Part shown: positions 13,825-26,100 of the stretch, in pieces
Layout of the letters: every line of letters begins with the position of its first letter
Numbering within the stretch: the stretch's first letter is position 1
Origin: Tubulanus polymorphus
Taxonomy: Eukaryota > Animalia > Nemertea
NCBI RefSeq assembly: GCF_964204645.1
Contig: NC_134036.1
Span: 9,961,859 to 10,025,858, forward strand
Reading direction: 5' to 3'
Length of the DNA stretch: 64,000 nt
Notes under the pieces: generated by a model
The model's input: only the letters and a program-made list of their open reading frames with translations
Databases searched by the model: none
Told to the model about the DNA's origin: nothing
Program-made: the position numbers and the translations under genes

Positions 13825-16418
13825 CACAGGAACTACTTTTTCGCCAAGGTAGATTTGGCGCGTTATAGTTGTATCTTATCTCATCACCGATGTTGATGTC
13901 ACCTTTAGCCATTATCGCAAGACAAATGGTCTGCTTGTGTTCGACAGCAACTACCTTCGAATTTTCTGTCTCACGAGGCCAGGCGTCGTTGACAAACTTC
14001 CCCAAACTATTGATATTCGTGGCATCAATACTAGGAGAAAGAACTCATTTCGTTTAAGATATATGGGGAAATTGTCAATTAAATAATTTACTTGACATAA
14101 CTATAGGGCCAAAAATGTCATACAAAACAAGAAAAAATATTTATTCCGGGGTATATTGGTCAATGATTCTAAGGTTGGTAAGCTTTTGTTATGATAAAAC
14201 AAATATTACACGATGCTACGAACCTCTAAATAAATCGCTCATGGGCAAAGTGGTTTACCTTCGAAACCGTAGCTTGTTTGGCAATGGCATTACCTATAAA
14301 AACTATTTTGATTTCTTGAGTTCAAAGTTCTATTTTGTATTTAGGGTTTCTGCTTCTTTCGCACTTGTACGCTTTCCAGTGCGATATGAACCAGTTAGGC
14401 AGAAACCCGTTATCACTGCTTTGCAGCTAGGCCTATATTTTATTTTATCTTTTTCAAAGAGTAATTTTGTAGTCAAATAAGGCCAAAAAACATACATACA
14501 TTTTTTTAAGCCCAACGCACACGGCAAAACATTTGTTTCGCCGAAACAGAAAACACGTTTTTCGTAAAACGCTTTGCCCGCAAACGATAAAACGTTCAAC
14601 GCACATGTGACGAAAAACGTTTTCGACTACACAAAACGTTTTTCGCAAATCAAGCAGTGCTTGAATCGTGAAAAACGATTTTTGCTCGCGAAAATCGTTT
14701 TTCAGTTCGGTGTTTTGTGCTTTGCCTCCCCCGCACATGGCATAACAAAAAACATCGAAAACGTTTTCGGTGCCGTGTGCGTTGGGCTTTACAGTCCATG
14801 TCCAAAATTTGGTAGGGTACAGGTAGGTAGGGAAACTATTTTATACTTTGAGAAAAATATTTTTCACGACAAATAAAAATATTTGAAAAATATTTAGATT
14901 AAAAATTCATATGATATCACCAATCAGAGGACGGCTGAATATTGAAATTTCTGGCAGCCTCTTCCAATGTAGGGCCGGAGAAGTTACTGGTACCGCAAAA
15001 TATCAGTGTATGTAAGTGGATCGTTTTAAACCCCGGATTTTACCTCTTAAATATTGAGCTCTACTTATACACCGAGAAAAACAATAGTTTGCTGCTTAGT
15101 ATTAGGTCTCAAGAAATTACAATTTATTACAAATGGTACCAAATTTAAAACACAGTGCTCATCTTTAGCTAAAACAGTTTAAATGATTATTCATGATAAA
15201 TTATCATTACTTTATAAGAAAAATAACTTATATTTAAACACCACTCTAAACAATGCACGTGCGGTAGCAAGCAGCTTACAGTATCGCTATGTAAGAGTGT
15301 ACACTGTCCGAGCTTGTGTGTGTGTAACACTAACAGTCTACTTATTGATTATAACTCCCACGCTTGAAGTGAATGTGAACATTTGCTCACACTTTTATGG
15401 TCAATGAAAACAAACTATGGGTATTAAATGAAACAATACCTATGGCGTATAAAAATATATTCTTACAAAACTATATTAGAAGTGTCTTTAAAATTGTATT
15501 CTGTCCAATGACGGATGGATGATGGAGAAAAAGTAAACAGGCAATGGCCTGCTGAGGTGTAAGTACCACATTAGGCTAAAACAAGCAGCAGCGGTCTTCT
15601 TAAATCGGAAATGCAACACCTTACAAACTTACATACCATAATTTGCGTTTCTTGAAATTGAAAAAATATAAAAACGATCCTAAATCGTTAGAATATGTTG
15701 AGAATCTTTTTTCTCCTTCATCTAGGGAACATAGTTCACCATAGTACTCCAGGAGAAAATCCCCTTTACGGAATTTTCTTTTTGAGAAAATACCAAAACC
15801 TGAAATAATATAACATGGTCAATTTAAAACATCCACTGTTTAATTTAAACCAACCTTTGAGCAAATTATCGAGGAATGGTCATTACTACGTTATCAACAA
15901 TCATACGATTCCAAGACACCTCGCATGAATAAGAGCCCCAAGCAGCACTACGGCCAGCTGTTCATATTCGCTTTTCATAAATGATGCATGTAGGTTATAT
16001 TTATCAAAATACACTCCCCGCTCAATATAATTCATAAAGTACAATTGTTTTTATTAGTACCACAGACAGGAGGATGGCAGGAACGAATACCTTGGATCAA
16101 TCTTGCAATTCGAGCACTTAGCTAATAAGCACATCATCTAGGCTATCTGTTTTGTGAAAAAGCACCATTATGTTTCTAAAATCAATTTTTTCACTAAAAA
16201 GAGCTACGAGCACTATCAGTTAATAACCATGGGTTTATGTTCGCTCATTCAGCACCCCTTTTCAAACCATACAATCAGCTTTCAGTATAGAGTTGTAACC
16301 TATAACTTTTGCCTTAAAAAAATCTATAGATCTTACCTATGTCAGCGCTAATCCATTTTTTTTCGAACCATTGTGGATCTCTAAGATGTTCCCGGTAGCA
16401 GATTACTGGTACTGTTTC
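13825..16418 (-). CDS. SET domain exons (KMT5A/PR-Set7-like lysine methyltransferase fold)
   Basis: SET motifs GFGIF, GDFLLEYYGEL, YFF..CIDAT, GKFVND (NH>ND variant) and DINIGDEIRYNY, reconstructed across three exons with matching phases. Confidence 0.88.
14509..14788. mobile_element. 280-bp PIF/Harbinger (Tourist-like) MITE
   Basis: TIRs agcccaacgcacacggca / tgccgtgtgcgttgggct; TTA on both flanks (14506-14508, 14789-14791); internal aaaacg repeats. Confidence 0.85.
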
Positions 16419-16989
16419 CTTGAAAAACATTACAGGCCTAAATCATTATGGGATTACAACACATAGCGGCCACCACCTATTTCTTCCATATATTCGTGGA
16501 AACATGACATGGTGTGCTAAAGTCTGAGGGTGAGCTACACATTACTTGGTTTTCTAATTTTTGTCAGGAGGTATGCAGTTTTAAAATCTGATGAGAACTA
16601 AAGCTAAGCTCAGGGTGACAAGAAATTTTCCGGTTGAAAAATTTGCAGAACGATCCAACAAGACGATTGGGTCATAAGTGGTACTGAGCTTACCTTAAGT
16701 AAGGCCTATCTTTGTAGGGACCTTGCACTATACAGGTCACATGTTCATCAAAAAGATACAATGTTAACACTAGACGCTTACTATTTCTTAAGCCTGACAA
16801 AAAGAACAACTAACTGGGTCATTGCAGTCAAATATGAACAACTATCTCATTAAAAGAATTCTTAAGATTCTTCATGGGCCTCTCTAAGGGTGTTAGAAAA
16901 GTGGTAAAGTTATATATTTGAATACATACCCCGACTTGACGTCTTCTGCTAGTTCGTTTCATTATCTGCAAAAAATGCTCAGATGAATG

Positions 16990-19078
16990 AGAGAATCAAT
17001 AGTCCACCAGTAACAAACCTAAACAGTTTCTGTATATGGCATGCGATATAATTAACAACATGAAAATATTGGGTCTACCACACTGTGGGTTTACTGTGTA
17101 ATAACTAATATATTATATAGGGCCTACAGTAGATTTCGACCGAATTCTTGGGCCATCGAACTGTGGCGTTCCTGTGTGTTAATAACTAATTATTTTCATA
17201 TAGGAGTTTCCCCTAACGCAGTAGGTTTCCTCAAAAATATCCCAAATGATAGATTTCAACCATATTCTTGAGTCTAACAAAATGAGCCTTATCAACTTCC
17301 TTATGAATAATTAAACGACAGTAATTCATCTCTTATGATGACTTGGTCTCCGAGCATAAAAAAAATAGATTGAAATAAATGTTCACCTCGATTATTAAAA
17401 TCAAAATGGTAGTTGATAAACCAAAATATGCACCATGCAAAAAACATACACACAAACAATGATTGCTAAGAATTCCTGTGTGTCTGGCATGTTTCACCCT
17501 GGAATAGAAATAACTGAAACTATACTAGTATATGAATAAGTTGGAGCCTTTACAATTTTTCTCCAATGGCTGCATTTAAATTTTTTTCTAGAATGGCCAG
17601 GGTATTAATTAGTACAGTTTATCGTCAGAAGAGGATAAGGAATGATTAGAGTTAAATAGGGAAAATCAAATTTCAAATAAAGGAAATGGAGTTAGGTCAG
17701 ACTCTATAGCCAGAATCAACAGTCCACCAATAACAAACCTAAGTTCAGAAACTGTGTAGGTATATGGCATCTGATATATTTAACCACATATATGAAAATA
17801 TTGGGTCTACCACATTGTGGGTTTACTGAGTAATTACTGATATATTTCACATGCTCAATTCCCCTCAAACTGTTCCCATAAAAATATTCCATTTGGTAAA
17901 TTTGAACCAAATTCTTGGGTCTTATTTAAGGAGCCTTATTAACTTGCTAGTGAATAATTAAACGAGACAGATAGTAGGCTTATTGATTGGTTAACCCATT
18001 TGTCTAGAGAATGAACACTACATGTCCATACAAGCTTTGTGGCTATTGCTCAGTGAACAGTGATTCATCTCTTACGATGACTTGGTCTCCCAGCATAAAA
18101 ATAGATTGAAATAAATGTACCTCGGTTATTAAAATGGTGATTGATACACCAAAATATGCACCATACAAAAACACACACACAAACAATAATAGCAAAGAAT
18201 TCCTGTGTGTCTGGCATGTTTCTACCTAGAAAAGAAACAACTGAAACTACACTAGTAGGCCTACATGAATAAGTTTAAGGCTTTTCAGATATTTCTCCAA
18301 TGTCTTCATTTCAATTTTTTCTAGAACGGCCAGTGTAATAGCCCTCTGATACAGTGCAGGAAGAGGATAAGGAATACTTGGAGTTAAATATGAACTGTAC
18401 AATTGAAAATAAGGAAAATGGATTTAGAGATACAGGTCACACTCTATAGCCAGAATCAAAGTAGTCCACCAATAACAAACTTAAACAGATACTATTGAAG
18501 TATTTGGCATGCAACATATTCAACGACATATCTGAAAATATTGGGTCTACCGCACTGTGGGTTTACTGTGTAATTCCTAATATATTTCAATAATAGTCAG
18601 AACAAACCTAAACAGATACTAATGAAGTATAGGCCTATGGCATGCAACATATTTAAAGAAAAATCTGAAAATATTGGGTCTACCGCACTGTGGATTTACT
18701 GTGTAATTCCTAATATATTTCAATAATAGCCAGAATCAATAGTCAACCAATAACAAACCTAAACAGATACTAATGAAGTATAGGCCTATGACATGCAACA
18801 TAGGCCTATTTAACAACATATATGTGAAAATATTGGGTCTACCGCACTATGGGTTTACTGTGTAATTCCTAATATATTTCAATAGGCCTTATAGCCAAAG
18901 TCATTAGTCCACCAATAACAAACCGAAACAGATACTAATGAAGTATAGGCCTATGACATGCAACATAGGCCATATTTAACAACATATGTGAAAATATTGG
19001 GTCTACCGCACTATGGGTTTACTGTGTAATTACTAATATATTTCAATAATAGCCAGAATCAATAGTCCACCAATAACA
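16990..19078. repeat. Two ~720-740-bp tandem units followed by ~4 shorter (~130-170 bp) units sharing a core
   Basis: agaatcaa(t/c)agtccaccaataacaaac...gaaaatattgggtctacc(a/g)cact(g/a)tggg recurs at ~16993, 17712, 18452, 18600, 18732 and 18900. Confidence 0.85.
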
Positions 19079-19597
19079 ATGGACACCAAAAAAATCATAC
19101 AGCCGCCATCTTGTGTCCAATCGACCCTATTTTTCTTATGCTAATGTACCATGGTGGATACAAACATGTGAAAGATCAAGATAATTGATTAAAGAATTTT
19201 CAAAATTTCCCATGAAAAACTTGTGTAGGCCTATACTGATTTTGATGAGCACCAATGGCTGCCAGTCCGCCATCTTGATTTGGATCAGGTCAGTATTCGG
19301 GCTGAAGATGTTAGGGTAGATACATGTATAAATCAAAGATCAAGACAATCCATTAAAGCGTCTTCAAAACTTCCCAAAATAACCAGATTCCAATGGACGA
19401 AAAGATGTATCTAGGGTAGATACATGTATAAATGTGACGCAAAAACACACAGCCTGATAGCTGGGAAATCCCCATAAAAACTAATGTTGGCTACCTAGCA
19501 ACAAAGACCTGTGAAACAATGAGGTAACCTGTGTCATAGGCCGTCGTTATTGGTTGCAATTACGTCACAATACAATATACAATAGGCCTATTTCTGT

Positions 19598-20852
19598 AAC
19601 TAGGGGTCCAGGACACCATGCCTACTTAAGAAGTGGTCCCAAATGCTCAACAATCTAACAATTTCAATATTCAATACCCCCTGGTGACCATAACAAAAAC
19701 CAATGACCTTGAAACACCACAATCATAGAACATGTCAGCAGCTACGATTTTGTAGGCCTAATTGATGTGATAACAAAATATGCCTCGTTACCAATTTAAT
19801 ATCGAAATACTAAATTATTCTACTATTCAACGCCCCCTGGTCACCATATTCAAAACCCAATGACCTCGAAACTCACCACAATCATAGAATATGTCACTAC
19901 ATGAACTACAACTTAGCAATTGATCATGGTAACAAAATATGCCTAGGTACCAATATAACAAGGAAATACTAAGTTACTCTACTATTAAACGCCCCCTGGT
20001 GACCATATAGAATAACTTATGACCTTAAAACTCGCAACAATCATAGATGATGTCATGAGCTACAACTTTCCAATTGATTGTGGTTTCAAAATATGCATAG
20101 GTACGAATATTGAAGAAATGCTAAGATATTGTATTATTCAACACACCCTGGTGGCCATATACAAAATCCATTTACCTTGAAACTCACCACAATCATAGAA
20201 CACGCTATGAGCTACAACTTTCTCATTGATTGTGGTAGCAAAATACGCTTAGATATCAATATAATGCCGAAAAACTTTTTCCCACTTACGAATGAGTACT
20301 GGTGACACCAAGATGGCCGCCAATTGCGTTATAATCGGCTGATGAAAAATACCTGTCTCAGGTATAAAACATCCCTTTCCAAAGAATACCCATCACAAAT
20401 TGCAATGAGAAATGGCAAACCAGTAGGAAGCTACAGGACTCAGAATTCGAGCCAAAATTGACATTTTTGGGCACTAAAAAGGTCATAAGACGGCCATCTT
20501 TAGTCCGATCGACCCAATTTTTGTTATGCTGATGGGCCCTGGGGGGATTCACATATATCCAAAAGATCAAGGTAATTGATCAAAGCGTCTTCAAAATTTC
20601 CCTCAAAAAGTTCAAAAATGTGTAAAAAGTGCCGATTTTGGCAAACAACAATAGCTGCCAGTCGGCCATCTTGATTCTGACGGCCAGTTTTTGGGCTGAA
20701 GATGTGTCTAGAGTAGATTCATGTGTAACCCAAATATCAAGACGTTACATTGAAGCGTCTTCAAAACTTCCCAAAATAACTGGACGGATGGGCGACGGAC
20801 GAAAAGTGAACGCAATAGCCCGCTGGGACGTAAGTCCCAAGTGGGCTAAAAA
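19598..20852 (+). mobile_element. Non-autonomous Helentron/DINE-1-like repeat with internal ~155-160-bp tandem array
   Basis: Begins aactaggggtcc; 4 internal repeats (ccctggtgaccata...cacaatcatagaa) at ~19670-20270; ggacggat/ggacg tract; 3' hairpin agcccgctgggac-gtaa-gtcccaagtgggct then aaaaa. Partial copy at 19079-19435, related copy at 38958-39756. Confidence 0.6.
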
Positions 20853-23170
20853 GGAGTTAACAACACCCACAAACTACTCAACTTCAGTTGCTTAATAGGC
20901 CTACATCGTTATTCCATCCAATTTCGATAATCAGTCTGAAAACAACCCTTCGCACCTAAAATTCCAGCATTCTAGCGAGGAGGTAAGCATCAGTTTCTTG
21001 GCCTACATTAGCCTATGCGATGCCAACATTATTGGAGATGAGAGTTGATGATTATCTATACAATAACTATTTAGGCTTAGCACTGAAAATGTATTTATAT
21101 TGGCTGTCACAGACTGTGACAGTAGGGTGGGTTAGGCCTGGGTCAACAAATACCAATCCCAGGTCTAGTAGCAGGCACTGAATCTCTTTACACGAAGGGT
21201 GGGTTTACCAAGGTCAGCAATCCGAGGTTAAAATACTGTAAGTTTACACAACAGACCATGGCTAGGCCTAACCGACACCAGATTAATCCCAATATGGGTT
21301 GTAAATTAGCCTGTCTCTCCGTGAGAAAATTTAAACAGACTATACCGTACCGTACGGTGTACGTTCACTTCAATTTAACTCAATATTCCGACAGTTAAGT
21401 TCTAAAAAATCCCAATACGCTGAGTCATGAAAGGGGGAATACTCGTTTCCACAGGACCTTTAGGCCTAACTAAAGATTACGACAAGATTTAGGCCTACCT
21501 AACGACTTTTGCTTATTGGGTCCTGTTTATTTTACACACGCCAGACTACAGGCAAAAGGTTGAAAGCCTGTTTTGGTCGATGGCTAGTGACGTCATCAAG
21601 ATCGCCTTTTTGTTACTCCCACAGCTAAACAACTCACTTTTAACGGTTAACCGCTGAATTTGAATTTGCTGTCAAGTGTATTCTTGCTGGCTGTTGATTA
21701 AAAGATTGTGAATCATGTTTTCCGAACGTGTTAAGCTTGTCTCCGGACCAGTTGGTGGGAATATTGGTTTGAAAAAAGAGGTAGATTGCAAGATTATAAA
21801 AAACTCACTGGGTAACACTGGTGAACGCCGCGAGCATCGTACACGGTGGTGCAGGCGAGGCGTCGCGACCGCGCGGCGGCAGGGCTTTTTAATTTTGGCT
21901 TTTTTTGCCAGTTTTGGAGTCTTGTTATTGCCACCACGGCCACGTTACCACCACACTCACATTGTCGCTAGGCCTACTGTACTGCCACTACTTTACTTGC
22001 TTGCTACTTACTCGGCTAAATTAATTTGTCTTCATCCACGCTTACTTCCCCCCTCCCCCCCCCCATGTTAAAAAGTAATTTCTGCCAACCGAACCACCAG
22101 TCGCAGTAGCCGTAGGCAGTATACTATAGTGCAGTAGTGGGTACCCAGTGGCATGCCATTGCCATGCCACTGGGTATAGGCCTATGTTGCCCGTACACAG
22201 TCACCACCTACTAGGCCTTAAATATTCCAACAACCATTCCAAATCCAGCAACAAAAAATAAACAATAAATTTTAAGGCCTCGAAACAGAAGAATGGTAGT
22301 TCCCTGTATTCAGAGTCAATGAAAATGTATTTCTTGTTGCAGATAGATAGCCTAACCAATTTCAGGATAAGTACTTTTCATTCCTTTATTTATATACGTA
22401 GCCTAACTGTTTAATCCTGGCCCTGGCCACTGAGGGTGTATGCATTAGGTCTGGTCCCAGTTTCACTGAGCTAGTTAGCCAACAATTAAGCTGAGAAATT
22501 TTGTTAAGTGGCAATTCAGGGGCAGATCAGGAGAGTATACAGGGGTGTACACTCCTTAAAACTTTTAAGTTGCAATGAAATTTAAAGAAAAAATTAAAAA
22601 TATCAACAAGTATTTTTAAAAAGCTTATATTCCAAAACATGTTCTCTGTAGGCCTACTTCCAAAATATAGGTATTATGTTTTCTGATGATCTGGTGCCCT
22701 TTTGATTTTTAATTATATATGATACTGATATGTATGCCCTATTTTGGGCTGCACCCCTCCCTGAATCAGTCTGCCTGCAATTAAGAGGATGTTTATAGAT
22801 AATTTGATTTAGAGGAATCTTTTAATTTAGTGCCTGATGTTAGGCCTTCCACAGCCTGGTAGAGGTGGTTTAGGTGAGCAAGTTAGTCTTCACACTGCAG
22901 GACTTTTAGGTGAAGGTGAAACTGGCCCTTGTTTATGCATAGGCTACTGTGTGTGCACGCTTATCTGTATGCTTATTCAATTAGAATACCCATGTAGCTA
23001 CCAAATAAGCACCGCTTCAGAGGATTTTAGAAATTTTCACTTCACTATCACATTGATATACATATATGTGTCACTTCTTTTGCATATAGTAGGGTCTTAC
23101 AGTAACCAGTGTGCTCTCTCACACCTCCCTGTGATATTGGCCTGAGACTGACAAATAATCTTTTTTGTAG

Positions 23171-26100
23171 CGTATTGGTCTCGTAGCAGACAGCATTTTA
23201 AAGTATGCTGGGCTAGATGGTGTAGGCTTATTTGAATGGACAAGGATCGTGTGCCCCGGAGGAACCATTGAAACATTGATGGAAGGTAATTTCTCGGTTC
23301 AGTACTGATTTATATTGTTCATTTTCATTGGGTTACTGATTAGTTGTATATTACAGAATTGAAAAAGGTGAAGATGCTGAATGTGGAACAACTAATCGTC
23401 AATGTTGGAACAAATAATATGACGCGTGATGTCCCGCTTGAGATTGTTCTGCGAAGACACGTTGAATTAATTCGATTGTTGCTCTATAAATGTACTGGGA
23501 CCATCATTGTACCAGCTCTTTTTCCTCGATGTGATGAGTAAGTATCAAGAATGGATTTTTCTTGAAGTACTATATTTATCATCGATGTAATGATTTTTAA
23601 ATTTCTTTCTTTTTTAAAGTTTCGATGCTGACACAAATATATTTCATTACAATGAAATGCTTCACCGCGAATGCTTTACACTTGGTGTAAAGTTCGTTGA
23701 TTTTCACTTCTCAAGAGATCTCCTTTCACCGTAAGTAATCGTTTAATTTTAATAAGCCCAGTAGGTTATGTGCATTTTTTCGCGATTTAAACTAACTTGT
23801 TTTTTTCTAAATTTTGTGATCTAGGACTGACTTGTTACACCCCAGCCGTAAGGGAAATCAGTTCATAAATAACAGGATAATGGAACTACTGCTATTGAAA
23901 AATGAAGATGAAATGTACGTAGAATTGCATTATTTTATCCAATTACCAGGTATGCAAACTACATAAATTTTATGATTGTACTGGAAATAATGAATGATTC
24001 TTAATCAGGTGCCCTCAATACTTTCCATATGAGATTGAAAAGATGCAAAGAAGTAGAGCAGTCCATCGACGAAAGGTAATCATTTAGCATTGATATCCTA
24101 GAAAATGAATGATTTGCAATTAGTTTTTATAACTTGAATACGAAACCACGTTATTCAAAATCCTTGCATTGAATTAATGAATCATATTGATAGCTGATAG
24201 CAAAAAACAAATTGAAGGATGATCAAGCAAGAGCATGGGATGATTCAACAATAGTGGTAAAGTTGTTTTCCTAAGTGATTTGTACGTGATTTATCTTTAT
24301 AAAGTTAGATATATTTTAACAGTTTTTTTGTATCCTTCAATCCAGTATAGCAGTTTTGACGTTGCGCATCATACAAGGAAACAATTCTGTTGTGAAGATC
24401 AAAGAGCCTTTTTCACATTCGACCAGGTACATATCATCTCAAGAACTTATGATTTAATATTAGTTTGGTCACTTTTATTTCACAATTACCTAAAGGCTGT
24501 GCATGCACAAATCTGTCTTTTTTTTCCAGTACATGACTAAAATTGATGTGGCTGGTGTTGCTATTTGTTTAAAGCCTAAATTATTTACTCCTTTTTATCA
24601 GACTAAGAACGTGAGTAATATGTTTCTCGAAATGAAATTATAGAAATTCATTGGTATTGGTATGATTTATGCTGTAAAGCTTTGTTTTCATATTCAGGGA
24701 TGCTACAATAGAAGTTGTCACAATACTAAAAGATTTAACAGAAAAAGGAAGTCAGTGGAACATGTAAGTTTGATGCCCTTTCTGCGAGACGCGGGTTCAT
24801 TTTTGTTATTTTTGCTTAGATGTTGAAGCAAAAACAGATTAATGTGCTCTTCCACATTAGGTTATTCATCCACAGACGGATCCTGCTGACTCGACATGTT
24901 TTTGCGGAGTTGAATTCACCAATTGGAAAGATCTTCTAGACCATGTTAGTTTAAACCATACTGAAATGTAAGTACAACATAATTCAATTAATTTAGTACC
25001 TACAAATCTAAATGACTTAATGCAAATGACTCAGAGATACCCATGTTTTATGTTAGGCCTATATGGGTAATTTCATACTCTATCTATTGATATGTCTAAA
25101 AAAAGTGAGTTGATAATGTGTATTTCAGGCGGACAATGGAGGAAGAAGGAAAGGACGCGGCTTGTGACAATTTCTCGGAAGGAACGATAGAGGAAGCAGA
25201 AAAGATGCAGGAAGATAGTTCGAAAGAAAGGATAGAAAGATTAAAGATGCAGGAAGATAGCTGGATGGAAAACAAAAAACAGCTAAGTATCACAGGTGGT
25301 GGAGGTATCGAACCAATCATAATTGATGATAGTGATGAGAATGATTCTGATGATGAACATGTATGTAGAAGAAATTTTAGTTACAATCCAACAGAAATGT
25401 GCCTCAATGACTATCAGTTTTTGAAAATTCCTCCTGTTATGCCATCAAAGGTCACGTCATTCAGAATTTGTGACATGTCTAATTCATGTCATTTGGCTGA
25501 TGATGCCCCCACTATGCCCCACAAAAATCAGTTGGAGGACATAAAAGCACAGATGCAGTCAAGGATTGTCCGTGACCCTTCCATTAATATCCATGTGAGA
25601 CTCGATACAGGCTGCTATTCTATTGATCAGATTAATAGGTTTCTTTTCTTACATTATGCTAAAACCAAACAACAAGATCTTTTTGCCATGAATCTTTGGG
25701 TAAATAGTAAGCCTTTAAGCCCCACTGATTCAGTCGATTGGGAACAGATTCAAGCATTTTCAAATATGCTCTTTTCCTTAAAACCCTCTCAACAATTTCC
25801 AGTTGGTAATAATAATAGCGTATCTGTATCAGAACTTCAGACGATGACTAATCAAAAATGGTTTGAAGGATCTGTGTTAAATGCTTTTGCATCTATGATA
25901 AATGAACAGTACTGTAATATTCATGCATTTATGATGCCACTAACATTTGATGCTAAGAAATATGTTTTAAATTTATATAAAAGATTCAGTCCTAATCCAC
26001 TCATAAGTTGTGATGAACTAATTTTTTTCCTGCATGTTGGCACCCAAAACGATTTCGTATTTTTAAATTCTTATGGACATGTTGTTGCCAATCATTATGC

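Larger units (their letters stand above)
1..16962 (-). pseudogene. Spliced SET-domain / Cys-rich repeat / tyrosine-recombinase-element gene; 3' end beyond window; disrupted in the repeat exon
   Basis: Phase-consistent GT-AG exons: 16962-16930 (MKRTSRRRQVG), 16418-16337 (ETVPV...WISADIG), 15799-15637 (GFGIFSKRKFRKGDFLLEYYGEL...SFLYFFNFKKRKLC), 14030-13825 (IDATNINSLGKFVND...KGDINIGDEIRYNY...LPWR), 13439-13396, then a giant exon 11591 to <1. Lesions: frameshifts at ~10205, ~5913, ~5420, ~2429 and stops at 5687 and 2640. Confidence 0.8.

Noticed and set aside
13825-16962. Host KMT5A/SETD8 orthologue
   Set aside because: ND instead of NH, fused to repeat and recombinase-type regions in a transposon nest; no gene symbol assigned
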